Shown in pieces: positions 14,068-26,800 of a DNA stretch of 64,000 nucleotides. The stretch is from Geosiphon pyriformis uo1 (Eukaryota > Fungi > Glomeromycota). Positions within the stretch are counted from its first letter, which is position 1; every line of letters begins with the position of its first letter. Under the pieces are notes generated by a model. The model was given only the letters and a program-made list of their open reading frames with translations. It ran no database searches and was not told the DNA's origin. Location of the stretch: assembly GCA_016748015.1 (NCBI GenBank), contig JAAOMT010000295.1, positions 1 to 64,000 on the forward strand, in the 5' to 3' direction. The position numbers were made by a program, and so were the translations under genes.

Positions 14068-15520
14068 TCAAATTTCTGGTTTCACAGTATTATCCGGTTT
14101 ATCAACTTTAGGAAGATCATATGAATGAACTACGCGAGGACGCTTTCTTATTCTGATGCTAATATTTTCATTCAGATGAATATTTTCACCATTTCTCCTG
14201 TTCTTTTCCGAATCACTATCACAATGAATATTACCACTATAAATTGTTGATATCTTTTGGTAGGTGTGATCTGTCAAACTGGCATTGTTCAGAGGATCAA
14301 TAGATAAATCCACAGCTAAATCAAGATCGAGTTCTGGATGCCATTTTTTTAATTCATTTAACTGTTTCGCATATAGCAAGAATTTAAGACCAACAGCAGC
14401 CCGATGCATCTCCATAAGAAGCAAATGTTGATGCCGAAGTGGGTTGTAAGGAGTTTGATTTCTCAATTGTTGGGTTTGCACTGGGGAGTCGACAGGAGAT
14501 AAAGAGCAACTTGAAGACTCAGAGTAGCCTGTAGATTTAGTGTCTATTGGAGACAAGATTCGGGATTTTGACAAGAAATTGGGGGATGCTGATCGGGATG
14601 TTGGTAGGCTCGTGTCTGGTGTAGTTCGATAAATGTGTCCTTTGAAATTTGAATTGCGACCCTTAAAAAAAAAATACTAGGGTGAGAAAGCTGATGCAAA
14701 TAATTAGTTGTTGGAAAAATTTAGATACCTCTAGTCCTCTAAAAAGGGATAAGTCCAACGACTCGTATTCAATTGGTGTATTAATTTCATCAAAATGTTT
14801 AATTGTGCTGCTACATTCTTCAATCAATCGAGCATATTCGTCTATAGCATGTAACATTGTGTCAAGTTCTTCGGTAAGATGAGTCTGACTGTCATCAAGA
14901 CTTTCAATTTTGGAGTGTAATGTTCGATTGTTATCCAGAAGCTGCACATGAATTTCGAAGAGTTTATAGATTTTCAAAGAAAGGTAATATTATTAATCAA
15001 GTTTAAATAAATTGGCATTACCTCATTAAGTTGCTGCTGAATTTCTTTTAAATCATTATTGATATCTTCGTTGGCTTGATGTTGCAAAATCTGTGATTTT
15101 TCCCAATAATGTCTACTCTCGAGTAGCTTCTCATTTGCCGCCGCTATGCAATCTTCGACATTATCTGAGTTGACAATTAAAATTTTTTTAGAGTTATTAA
15201 ATGTTTCAATGATCATTAAAGGAGGGTTGATTCCCTAAAAATATTTGTTGTCTCTATAATTCTAAAGCACTTCTAGGACAAAGCATAAAACCTTTCTTAG
15301 CCGCTTACCTTGTTTCTTTTTAATTTCTTCGATTCGTTTCAAACACTCTGGCGCTTCTTTAATTAGCTTATCCACATTCTGTGATAATTCATCCAAGTCC
15401 TGCTCAAATTTCTTAAAGTCGTTATGGGTAATACTTAAATTCTTCTCAATTTTTGTTGGCGAAGGTAAAGGTGAGCGGTCAGTCAAGATATTGGTTGTAA
15501 CAATCCGTGGCTTCTTTGAA
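14068..15520 (-). CDS. Multi-exon hypothetical coiled-coil protein; 5' end unresolved (may extend to about 15722 or 15791)
   Basis: In-phase GT-AG introns 15165-15308, 14942-15021 and 14662-14728 join the four ORF-track fragments. Heptad-rich exons (DFKKFEQDLDELSQNVDKL; LHSKIESLDDSQTHLTEELD) and a Ser/Pro-rich last exon 14068-14661. Confidence 0.6.
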
Positions 15521-18075
15521 GGATATTTTTTAAACCTTAGTTTTATTTTCTTTCTTCTCTTAATAAGAAACACTTGCTTACCCTCGAAAATTGAAATGGG
15601 GGCAAAATCAATGGAAATTGAAAACCTTGATCTTTTCGAAACACCAAAGAGTAATTTTTACCATAGCGATGAAATTAAAATTGTTTTCCCTAATTTTCTT
15701 GTTCACTACCTACCTTTGACATGTGGTGATGAAAAAAAGTTTGATGCTTTGTTGTTGTGATGCGTAAAGTTACTGAAGAACGTTTGCCCATGGGTTTCGT
15801 GTGTGCAAGTCAGGTGTTGACGGTATCAAATGAACAAAGGCGTCGATTGTGGAGAAAGGATATTGAGAATATTCTTGACTACAACTTCTTTGCGTGAAAA
15901 ATCAATGCTAAAAATAAATTTAAATTAAGAGTTATTGAACTTTTAAGTGTCGCAAAGTTCTTAATTTGTCAGACTGGCACTGATAAAATGAATTATCGAT
16001 TTCTATCTTGAAGAAGTTTGGAATATATTTAACAAAAAAAAGAAGAGGTGTTAATAAAGAATGATGAATTGATTATGACGACACTTAATATAACCTAACC
16101 TCAGAAATGAGATCAAATTAGAACTGTATTCCAAAAAAGTGACAAGAGAAAATTTGTACCAATATGCCATTTGATGAACCATAAAAATAGAGTATGAAAT
16201 TTGCAATAGTTAATATCACTTTCTTAATGGGATAAACCGAATTTTTACCATTTTACGTTATTGTGATATTTAATAGTCAATTATACACAAAGTTCAGTAA
16301 CGTGGTACATGCCTTGAATGAAGTTTCGCATGCATTTTGAGTTAAAATACACAAATTAAAATTAGCAAGTACAAGACCTCAGAACCTTTCAAATGCCGAA
16401 GAAAAATGTCAGGCTATTTGAGCTTTTTTGTTTATAAAAGATTTGAGGTCATTCAATCGACAATCCTAAAGATAATCATATTAATTTGATCGATTCTGAC
16501 GGAGATTGAAATTGTCACAGATGTGAAGATTGCAAATCCTATAAGCAAATATTACCACTTTTAATTACACTATAATGTAGGTTAATTTAAAACAATAATT
16601 CACTCAGTTGAAATTGAATATTACAGAAATCATAATTTAAATTCGAAAAAAACAATAAATTTAAAAGTGTAAAATATATGTGAAATAATTTTATAATATT
16701 GAACACCCGAAGAATTAAATTGTTTAAAAAAATGGCATTTATATAAATTTACATTGTTGCAAAAACACAGAAATTCTTGATTAATGAGGCAAGCTAATTA
16801 AAAATAAAACAAGAGGGTTTATAAAAAATTAAATTTTCATAAATTTGATGTGAGACTGTTTTTTTTGAAATAACAAAAAACAATCAAGTGTTAAATGTCA
16901 CAGGAATATATGATGCACCTTAATTTAAAAGACTTTTAGAACAACTTCTGGCCTTTTCAAATTTTATAAAAATTTACTGAAAAGTTTATATTGTCAATAA
17001 TTTTCATTTTACAATATTTAGAACAAATAGACTCAAGTTATTATTTAAAAAAAAATTTCTATATTCATAAAGTGTGATTAAATTTCAAAGATTTAGGTGA
17101 GTTTTGGCTCATTATATTTAGAAAAAAATCTTAAAAACTAATTCAATAGGCAAGTTTACATCCAAAAGTTTATGAGTGACGAATTATTAGAAACAAAATT
17201 TTCAATCTTTTCAAAAGATCAAAGAACTTTTTGCGATGTAATTTTAGAAGAAATAGGATTAAATCCAAAGAGAAATATAAGTTAAATTGAATTTATTCTA
17301 CAAGCTTTTTGCAATTAATCAACTTTGACTATCCAAAATTTAATCTAATATTTCAATTATATTGTTTTTAATTTTTACTATTATTTATTTATTTATTTTT
17401 TTATAACAATTCACAATTATTATTTTTTACTATTCTAATTTTAAAATGACAAAATTTTCAAAATATTTATAAATTGAATGAGATTTGGAAATCAAAATTT
17501 TTGAGAACATGATTGCTTGATATATTTTAATTTAATAGAACTTGTCTTTGCCTGAAAATAAAACAGCAAAAACAATATACAAATTAAATAATTTAATTTC
17601 TTTTTGCTTAAATTAATTATTATACCAAGAATGAAAGATTAAAATTAAAATCTTTATATTCTAAAAAAATTTTCTTTCTAGTACGAAATATTTGTCAGGA
17701 GCATAATAGTAATACTTTAATAGAGTTTCTTTCCCAAAGAAAAAGTGAAAATCTTAATTAGCTAACAAATTTAATTTTTGAAAAAATTAACAATTAAAAA
17801 CTTATTATCCTTTCATAAATTTTTGTTTTCTAAAAACCCAAGTCAAATCGAAAATACCTTTTATCTCAAATGCTGAATTTCTATTCTATCAAGGATCATA
17901 CATCTTTTTAAATGCTTCTAAATGCATCTATTTTGATATCAAATTCATTAATCTTTATAAAGTTTTCTTTATATGGTCATTCTTTCAAATCAATCAAAAT
18001 CAATCTTGGAAAACCTTATAAAAAAATTCACTCTTATTGAAATCTTGAACAAAGAAATTTCCTCAATTATTAAAA

Positions 18076-19035
18076 ATGAAATTGAAGTTAAACTCAATAT
18101 TTTATTTTCCTTTCGCTGTTTTTATTATTCTGTTTTCTTTATTTCAACATTTCATCCGTGCAACACCAATAACAACCTCGATTGAATCAACTCAATTAGT
18201 TCAACCTCGCTCTGTTTTAAACCTAAATGAGAATAAGCTGAATTACTTAAACCGTCGTCAGTTTGTTTCAAGTGGATATTACGACGAATTTGGACCATAT
18301 CAACCTTATTTTTATGATCCTTATTATGGTTTTTACGATTATGAGAACTATGAAAGTGCAGAATTCGAGGATTTCTACAATGATCTTCCCTACTATTATC
18401 CTTATTCATCAAGAATTCATCATCGTCGTCGTCGTCGTCATCATGCTAAACCAACTGCCATAAATAAATCATATAAACATAATAAAAGAGCTCCATCATC
18501 TTTAGTCGGCATGTTATTGAAGAAGCCTGAAGATCTCGTCGATTATGGTGATGACGATGATGATGATGATCTCTTATGGGATGTAGTTGATGAGACCGAT
18601 GATGATCTATTATGGGAGACCGACGAAGATGATCTCTTATGGGATGAGGACGATGACGATGACGAGGAAGATGAGACAGAAATTGAAGAGATCGATATTT
18701 CAAAACGTGATTTGAAGCTCTCTGACAAAGAAAACTCAACACCAACTGCCACACTCAAACGACGTCAATTTTTCAATGATCTTGACTTTGTTGATGATGA
18801 TTTGGGATGGATATATTATGATGATTATGATAATTTAATGGATTATTATTATTTATATGAAGAGCCAATCCTCGATGAGTATTATTATTATGAACCAACG
18901 TGGGATGAAGATTATTATTATGATGATATTATTGATGAGCCTGAGTTGGTTTACGAAGACATAGTTCCTGACGTTTTTGAAGAATATTATGTTCCATTCG
19001 ATGAAGAGGAGTTTATCTTTGAAGAAGATTACTGA
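18076..19035 (+). CDS. Secreted Asp/Glu/Tyr-rich low-complexity precursor with multiple Kex2-type dibasic sites; 319 aa
   Basis: Hydrophobic N-terminal signal (...FIRA|TP). Sites NRR|Q, NKR|A, SKR|D and KRR|Q. Repeats DDDLLW x3 and DDDLGW; two Tyr-rich blocks; open intronless ORF in AT-rich context. Confidence 0.8.
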   Translation: MKLKLNSIFYFPFAVFIILFSLFQHFIRATPITTSIESTQLVQPRSVLNLNENKLNYLNRRQFVSSGYYDEFGPYQPYFYDPYYGFYDYENYESAEFEDFYNDLPYYYPYSSRIHHRRRRRHHAKPTAINKSYKHNKRAPSSLVGMLLKKPEDLVDYGDDDDDDDLLWDVVDETDDDLLWETDEDDLLWDEDDDDDEEDETEIEEIDISKRDLKLSDKENSTPTATLKRRQFFNDLDFVDDDLGWIYYDDYDNLMDYYYLYEEPILDEYYYYEPTWDEDYYYDDIIDEPELVYEDIVPDVFEEYYVPFDEEEFIFEEDY

Positions 19036-19997
19036 GCTCTAATTTAAAGGATCTTTTACGTTTTCTAGCCTAAAAACAAATTCTTTTATTTTCTACTTTT
19101 GTATTTTATTAGACAAAACCGACTCCTAGTGTAATTCTTAAGTGTAACAATATTTTTAAAACTTGACAATATTTGTAAAAATATGTAATTTTGGATTTTA
19201 AAATTTAAATAATCATTCATAATTTCATGAGGGTTTTTGGTCCAATGATAATTATAGGATGTTAAAATTAAAAATTTTTCCTTTTTTCATCTATTTTTTT
19301 AACTTGATAGCAACAAACCTAGTATAAAAAACACTCACAACTTAGGTTCAGATATTTTATACAGAACGATATTTGATAATGGGAAGATAATTCATTGTAA
19401 ACTTAATTGAATCCAGTGTCGAATGCCAAAGTTGTAATTATATGATCGTGTGAATATTTTATATCAACTGATCTCTGTACTTGTGAGATTCATGTGATTT
19501 TCGGCAAAAACTAGAATAAAAAGCTTTAATACTGAAAGTTGAAACTAAAAATTATGCTTATCGTCGTTCCGTAAGAACTATTTCGGACTTATAACAAGTT
19601 GTTGTTGGTAAATGATTAAAATGTTAGCAGACACTTTTTTACGGAATCAAGTATTTCGAATTTAGTTTCTCATTAAAGTAGCTTTATCAATTTGTTATAT
19701 TAAAAATACGTCAGGCTTAAAATAAAAAAAAAATTCAAATTACTACAAACGGGGAAAGTCGGGACTGTTCTGTTCTAAATATGATTGAAAATCTTCCATT
19801 GAAAAAATCCATTGTTGTGTAACTATATTTTTTCCTGTTAATTTATTAGGCCAGAATTATAATTCAGCTATAGTAAATTACCCTATTATACCTATCTAAG
19901 GTTTTTTAAGAACAAAGACTATTAAAAATACATTAATCCTAATTTCTTTATTAATTCTAGTATACTGAGTTTTTCAAATCCAAAACTTATTATTATT

Positions 19998-20980
19998 TCA
20001 CAAAACAAAAAAGAATCCAAAGCTAAAAACGAGCAAGAAAATTACATTGCTCGATCTGACGGCTGCCAATGTTGAAGCATCATTTGTACTTGTACTTGTA
20101 GATGAACTTGAAGTTTTGGTCTCACTATTTGTATTATCTGTAGAGCTAGAGTTCTCGTCTGTACTACTTGAAGAGTTATCTGAAGGTGAGCTTGATGTGG
20201 GCGTTTCTCCCGGAGTGTAGGTGGTCTGTTGTACAGCGGTTGTCGTTGATGTTGCTATTCCTGATTCTGTTGCTGATCCTGTTCCTGTTCCCGTTGCTGA
20301 TCCTGTTCCTGTTCCTGTTCCCGTTGCTGATCCTGTTCCCGTTCCTGTTCCCGTTGCTGATCCTGTTCCTGTTACTGATCCTGTTGCTGTGGGATTGCTA
20401 TGAAATGGATTATTATTTTATAAGAACTTTTTCCCATTCAAACTTTCAAAAAATTTTGTCCATATATGAAAAACTTACTTCGCTTGTGAATTAGAATTTG
20501 TAGCAGGGTTTGCACTTGAACCAGTGCCAGGGGATGCCTTACTACCAGTTCCACTAACTCCTACAGATGATTGAGATGCACCAGAAATTGAAGATCCTGC
20601 TGATGATGCAGCTTGTGCAGCTAATGCAGAACTTTTATCTCTAAAAAAATAAATAATCTTTTTTTTAGCATGTGCTTGAAGGCATATATTAATTTTGGGA
20701 AGGAAGGAAATTTCAAGGTTAAAATGAGACTTACTCTGGAGACCATGTTATAACTACGGTGCTTCCAGTTGGGGATGGAATTACTGTGGTAATGGTTATA
20801 AATGATTGTCTAATTTTGTTCGAAAAGGTGTTTAGAATAATTGCGTTCATTAAAAGACTTTAAAGTTTATTAATTTTTTAAATTGCTATCTTACCTCTTT
20901 TCCAATTCTACCGCCGAATTAAATTGAGTGATTGCCAATAAGCCAAAGAAGAAGAGGAGTAAATTTTTGAAAGATGTCAT
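19998..20980 (-). CDS. Secreted GPI-anchored Ser/Thr/Gly-rich cell-surface (mucin-like) protein, 4 exons, 240 aa
   Basis: Exons 20895-20980, 20735-20809, 20479-20640 and 19998-20397; all donors GTAAG, all phase 2, total 723 nt. Signal MTSFKNLLLFFFGLLAITQFNSA, then VELEKR|Q, (GSATGT)n repeats and C-terminal NDASTLAAVRSSNVIFLLVFSFGFFFVL-stop. Confidence 0.88.
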
Positions 20981-22796
20981 TTCGAAATGTTTTTTTGTTT
21001 GTTTAATATTATTAATGTTTATTTGAAGAATTGACAAAAGATTATTCGATTTTTAATGAAACTGAACTAATTTTATTGCCCAAAGAGTCAAATGAAGTTC
21101 GTTTGGCCTTTTTCATAATTTTTTTGAGCCTCTCTTTATATATGAAAATTTTACTTTTTTTTTTTGCATGGCAAGGCAGTTTTTCCTAATTATAGAGTAC
21201 AAAATATATTTTTTATGTAATATCTGCAATAAAAAAATTCCCAAAATCTAATGATTTTCAAATTATTATTCTTAGTAGTCGATAAATTTGGATTTAAATA
21301 AGTTGGAATTCCCGATGTGACATATTCATGATCAAATTTAGCAAACAAATATCGATAAGCCTGAAATGCTTGGTAACACTTCCTCAAAAAGCTGGATCCG
21401 GATTGACATCCTCGTACAATATCGTACAATAGTTTTTGGTGAAATCTTTGGTCAGCATACATCGGTTAAAATCTTGATGATGATGATGATGATGATTATG
21501 ATGATGATACCTCCTGGACTTTCCAAGAATAATTTCTACTTTAATGCATTCAACCTTCGATCATCGCGTTTTTAGATTCATTCCAGAAGCTTTCAATTTA
21601 AGGGGATGCTTGATATGTTAGCCGATGTTTTAAGACAAGAGTTTTATTACATCAAAATGATACAAACATTTATTAAATTCCACAAGAATCTTTTATGTAA
21701 AAGTCCAAAGGGGTTTTTTATATATATATTTCAAAAAAAAATTGCATGATTGGAAAAGATTCTCAAAAAAATGTTTTTGAATTCAATGCTGTGTATCTCA
21801 TTAGAGATATACAGATTCTTGTTACAGCTTGGAAGCTTGTTAAATGCCAAAGAAGTTTCTAAGGCATGTTAAAGACAATCAAATAGGCAGTCAAGCAAAA
21901 AACTTTCTTGCGCACATCGCTTGCATGAATATTCGGGCGTGAAATTTGCATGTAAATAGTTTTTCCGAAAAGCTTGGCATAGGGAAAGAAATATCTCGGT
22001 GATTGAACTCTGATTGATTCAAGTCTTAAATCAATTAATTCTTCTTATTTTCAATTAGAATTTCATTTTTTTTTTTTTTTTTAAAAAAAAATTAATTTTA
22101 ATTTTTATATTTACATTAAAAATGCCCATTTTTGGCTTCTTTACTAAATTTTTTGATGCACGCCGGCCGATTATTTATCTCTCAAAATGGTTTACTGAGA
22201 TACTAAAAATTTTAGAGTTAGCAATCTCTTTTCTATTTTAAATAAGAGACTATTGAATTTTTTTAAAAACAAAATATTTGTAGCAAAAAAAATACAAGTT
22301 TTGGATTTCATTTATTGTTGTGTAGAACAAAATTAATTACACCTGGGTTGAAAAATAAATATTTTCCGAAATTTTTTTAAATATTTGGACTATTTAGGAA
22401 AAATTGAATCATGTTTCACAGATTGAAGTATATTTTAACTGTCATTCGAAACTTTATCAACAATTCGGAAAGACAATACGTTTCAAGCCGAACCAATTTG
22501 TCACAGAGACTTCTTTTTGTACTAGATAGTTATGTAAATGTTCAATAAAGTTTAGGAATATAAAATATAAAGTTAAACTTAAATTTTCTTATTAACTTAA
22601 ATATTCTTTTTAAAAATCGGATCATCTAAATTGTGTAAAAAGAACCCATATGAGTGAAATCGGGTCATCTAAAGTTATTATAAAGAAACAGGACCGAGAT
22701 GAGTGAAACACAAATAACGAAATGTTTGTAAAATTGCCAAAACTTGAAAGGGCGTCTATTTTTTCCATATGGAATATTCTCATGAAATAAATTTAA

Positions 22797-22854
22797 CCCT
22801 TCCCTCCCATCCCCCTCCTATCCCTTCCTATCCCCTCCTTTCCTCTTCTCCCCT
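22797..22854 (-). other. C/T-rich tract (G-rich on minus strand), potential G-quadruplex or CT-rich promoter element
   Basis: Repeated CCC/CCCC runs with short spacers. Confidence 0.4.
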
Positions 22855-23899
22855 CATTGGCTTTAAGTATGATAATCGTGTCGTGATCTGAACACAATTA
22901 TCAGCGAAAAGGGAAGCTATCTTTACCCGTGAGAGTTTTAATCATGGTCAGCGTAGTTACCATAAATAGAATTCTTTGTTCAAGATTTATGACGATTTTT
23001 TCTGCAGAATAATATATCATGCATACATTTCAGGATTCGATGCATAGACTTTACTTGTGGCCTGAAAATCAAAAATTTTGAAATTTTTTTCTTATTTGAT
23101 TAAAAATTTCAAAAGTTTTCCTATGATATCATGTGAATATTAACCACTTCAAAACATAAATTAAACAATCCAAAAATTATTTTAGCAAAATATTTGGCTT
23201 CTCAAATTGTAAACTGAATTTTTCATTAATTTAAATTATATAGGTATTAATTTAATATCAACTTAAAATTTTTTAATCTAAACTTTTGATTAAAATGTCA
23301 ATCTATTTTTTTTTTTCCCAAGTTTCGAGTACCGGGTGTTTGTAGTTATACCAGTCTCTTTTATAATTTATTTTTGGAATAGAAAGAAAGTAGTTTTTGG
23401 TACCATCAAATCGAACCTGTTCGGATTTTCAACTTGAAAGAAAATCATAAAGTCAATCCCAATTTTACTCATTCACATACCAAACAAATTATTTGATATG
23501 TCAATTTTTGCAATGGAAAATTTCGTTCACAAACATCATAATTCTCTTTATGCCCAAATTCTTAAATAACTTGGAACTAAAAAAAAAAATCTCTCTCAAG
23601 TTTAAAAGTTTCAGGTTCGATAATGTGAATAATATCTATCAGCAGTAAATGTTACGGATGTTTAAAAAAAAACAAACAGTGTTTCGAGAATATTTAATAT
23701 AGAGAAATTTGATCTTTATCATCTAAACTTTTAATCGCAGACTCTAGAACACCAAAGAAGTGTAAGAGGGAGAAATTAGGTTTACGTTTCGGATTGGAAA
23801 TATTGATGTCTATCAGTTAGGAGATTGCAGAATTACGTTGGTCCACAAATAATTAAATAATTATTTAATTATATATTTTTTCTAATCTCATTTATCCTC

Positions 23900-26800
23900 T
23901 TGTATATCCATTCTTTGGTTTTATTGATCATTATTTTTCCAGATATAATATCAATCAGTTAAATTTAAAATCAATTTTAATACCATTATAAATTTTTTCA
24001 CAAAATTACTTTATTTGCAAAATATTTGTCATAATATTCCTATTTGATTTAAATTTAAAGATTACAATAATAAATCAAAAAGTAACAAATTATTTTTGAT
24101 TGTCATTAAAAATTTTTATTTACTTTTATTTCTTGTTATTTTATGTAAATGAGCCAAAAAAGCTCTCTTTTAAAAAATTTTATTAATATATTTTATTTAT
24201 TCATTCATTAATTTTACAAAAATTTTTAATATTATTAATTATTAAATATATACTCAATTTTAAATATTGTTTTTATAAATCAAAATAAAAAGCTAACAAT
24301 ATAAATTATCTAAAAAATAAATAATATATATTTTTTAATTTACTTGATTTAATTAACCTTAAAATCACTATTTTTTTTTATAACTTTTACTATCAAGGAA
24401 TTTTATGTTAAGAAATAATATTAACAAATTGTGGTTTTATTATTTATTATATACATAAAATTAAAAATTTTTACAATAAATACTGTTTATTTTTTTTCTA
24501 TATATGACCAGCCATCTAAATACAAATTTTACACAAAAAATTTTAATATTATTTTTTAATAATTAATTTTAAACTAAGAAATTTAAATAAAAACTCAAAT
24601 ACAGCCATAAATACCAAAATAAAAATCACTCACTCAAAAAACTTTTAATTATTAATATTTTCAAAAAAATGTTTTAGTTTCTATTTTATTAGCTTAATTT
24701 TTAATATTAAATGACTTAATAGATTAATTAATAAAAATTGTATGTAAAAACATAACTTGTTTTAGTTTCAAAACTGGCAAAAATCAACTAGAATTTAATA
24801 TATTAAATAACTTAATTATATACTAATTAAAACTAGTTTTGGCAAATATGTTGTTACTGTTATTATACAAATAAAAAAAAAAGATTATTGTTTATAGCCA
24901 AATTTTAATTAAATATTAAAATTAATGTAGTTGTAAATGGATTAGTAAAAACACCAATAAAATTAAAAAAAACCTAATATATCATTTTTTACAAAAGAAA
25001 AAACCAGCTTTAAATCAAAAAAGTGCTTTTAAAAACATCAAGAAAATATTTTTTAATTATATGTACAATAAAAAGAGAATTGATAACAAAAAATAATAGT
25101 TTAGCTACTAATTTGTTGTTAAAAATCTTAAAACTCTTTGGTTTAATTATGATCTTAAAAAAAGAGAGAAAAAAAACTTCAAAATTACAATTATTAAATT
25201 TTTCAAAAAAACTGAAAAGTAGAAAAATAATTTATTATTGTAAATAAAAAATATTACAACTGCTATAATTTTATGTCTTAAAAATATATTTAAGATTCAA
25301 AAACAAATTTAAATTATTTTTTTATCATTTTTTACTGAATTAAAAAAACAAGTTTTTTATTTTTTTAATAAATACCAATTCAAAAAAAAAAAAGTTAAAA
25401 GTATAATTAATTAAATTATAATAATAGTAAAATGAAATTATAAATATAAAAAATTAGTTATAATTAATTGTAACTATAATTTAAAGTTGTAATAATGTAA
25501 ATAATTAGGTCAATAATTTGATTAAAAGTCAAATCAAGAATTAAATCGACAATTAAATTAAAAATCAAGTTAATAATTAATTCTAAAATTAGAATAAATA
25601 AATAATATCAATAATTAATGCACAATTAATATAATTAAAATAATTAAATTATGGAAAAAAAATTATTTTATGCTGAATATTCAACTGTAATAATATATTA
25701 ATTGTATTATCTTTTTTATCAAACTTTAATTAATGATTTTTAAATCAAAATACAAAATAATTTTTATTAATTTGAAATTAATTGTGTCTTAATTATAAAA
25801 TTTTTTACAAAAAGAAATTTAATAAAAGTACGCGATCCATATCTAATGTACGATAGCTGAATTGTGCGAGAATAGTCGTTGGTTGAATTACACTTTTAGA
25901 ACATGAAGGTTGTTTGATGTTGAGCACAGAAAAAATAAAATTAAAGTAATTCAACAACTAAATTGAATACATTAGAAATTATAAACCAGTTAAAATTAAT
26001 TCAATTATTTTTTTATTTTATTGTAATTCTAAAATAATTACATATTAGTCATTCTATTTTTAATATTAATTTTTAATCTAATTATAGATTTAATTATAAA
26101 TCTAATATTCAACTAAATTAATAACTCAATTATTGGCTTGATTTTATTTTATCTTAAATAATAATAATTTTTAATTGTATTGTCAATATTAATTTAAAAA
26201 GTAATAAATTATTTTTGTAATTTATTTGTAAATAAAAAATTTTGTAATAATAATATTTATTATTAAATTTAAAAGTGCCAATTATAATAATTGTGTTAAT
26301 TTTGGTTTTATTTAAAAAACTAAAAATTAATATCTGAAAACTAATTTTTTATTCAAATAATTTATACATTCAATTTGTTTTTTATTGTTAAGCTATTTTG
26401 ATCTTTTTTAAAATTTATTTTTGTTATTAAAATAAAATTAAAATATTTTCAAGCCAATAAAAATAATTAATTAAAAGTTAATTAATAATATTTAATGTTT
26501 TTTATTAATAAATTTAATAATATATTTTTCAAATATTATCATTTAATAACAATATAAATTTTAGTAGTTGGGCTATATAGTGTGCAATAATAATAATAAA
26601 CTTTATTTATAAATATAAAAAATATTTTTTCATTCAAATAATAGTTTTACTTCTAATATGTAATATTTTTTATTATTTATTTTTAGGTTTTAGTTGGATT
26701 ATACTTAATTAATACATTAAGTAAATTAATAGTTTTAAGCTTTTATAATAAATATAATAAATTTTAATTACAATAACAAAAAAAAACTCTATTTTTATAA

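Noticed and set aside
18152-18758. Overlapping ORFs in other frames and strand
   Set aside because: Shadows of the low-complexity 18076-19035 CDS
20168-20494. Plus-strand ORFs (LLILFLFP and VPVPVAD repeats)
   Set aside because: Antisense shadows of the GPI protein's repeat exon
25480-26160. Degenerate ~12-bp periodic tracts (also near 40220, 43050 and 63590)
   Set aside because: Possibly relics of a TE-internal tandem repeat, but too eroded to define by eye
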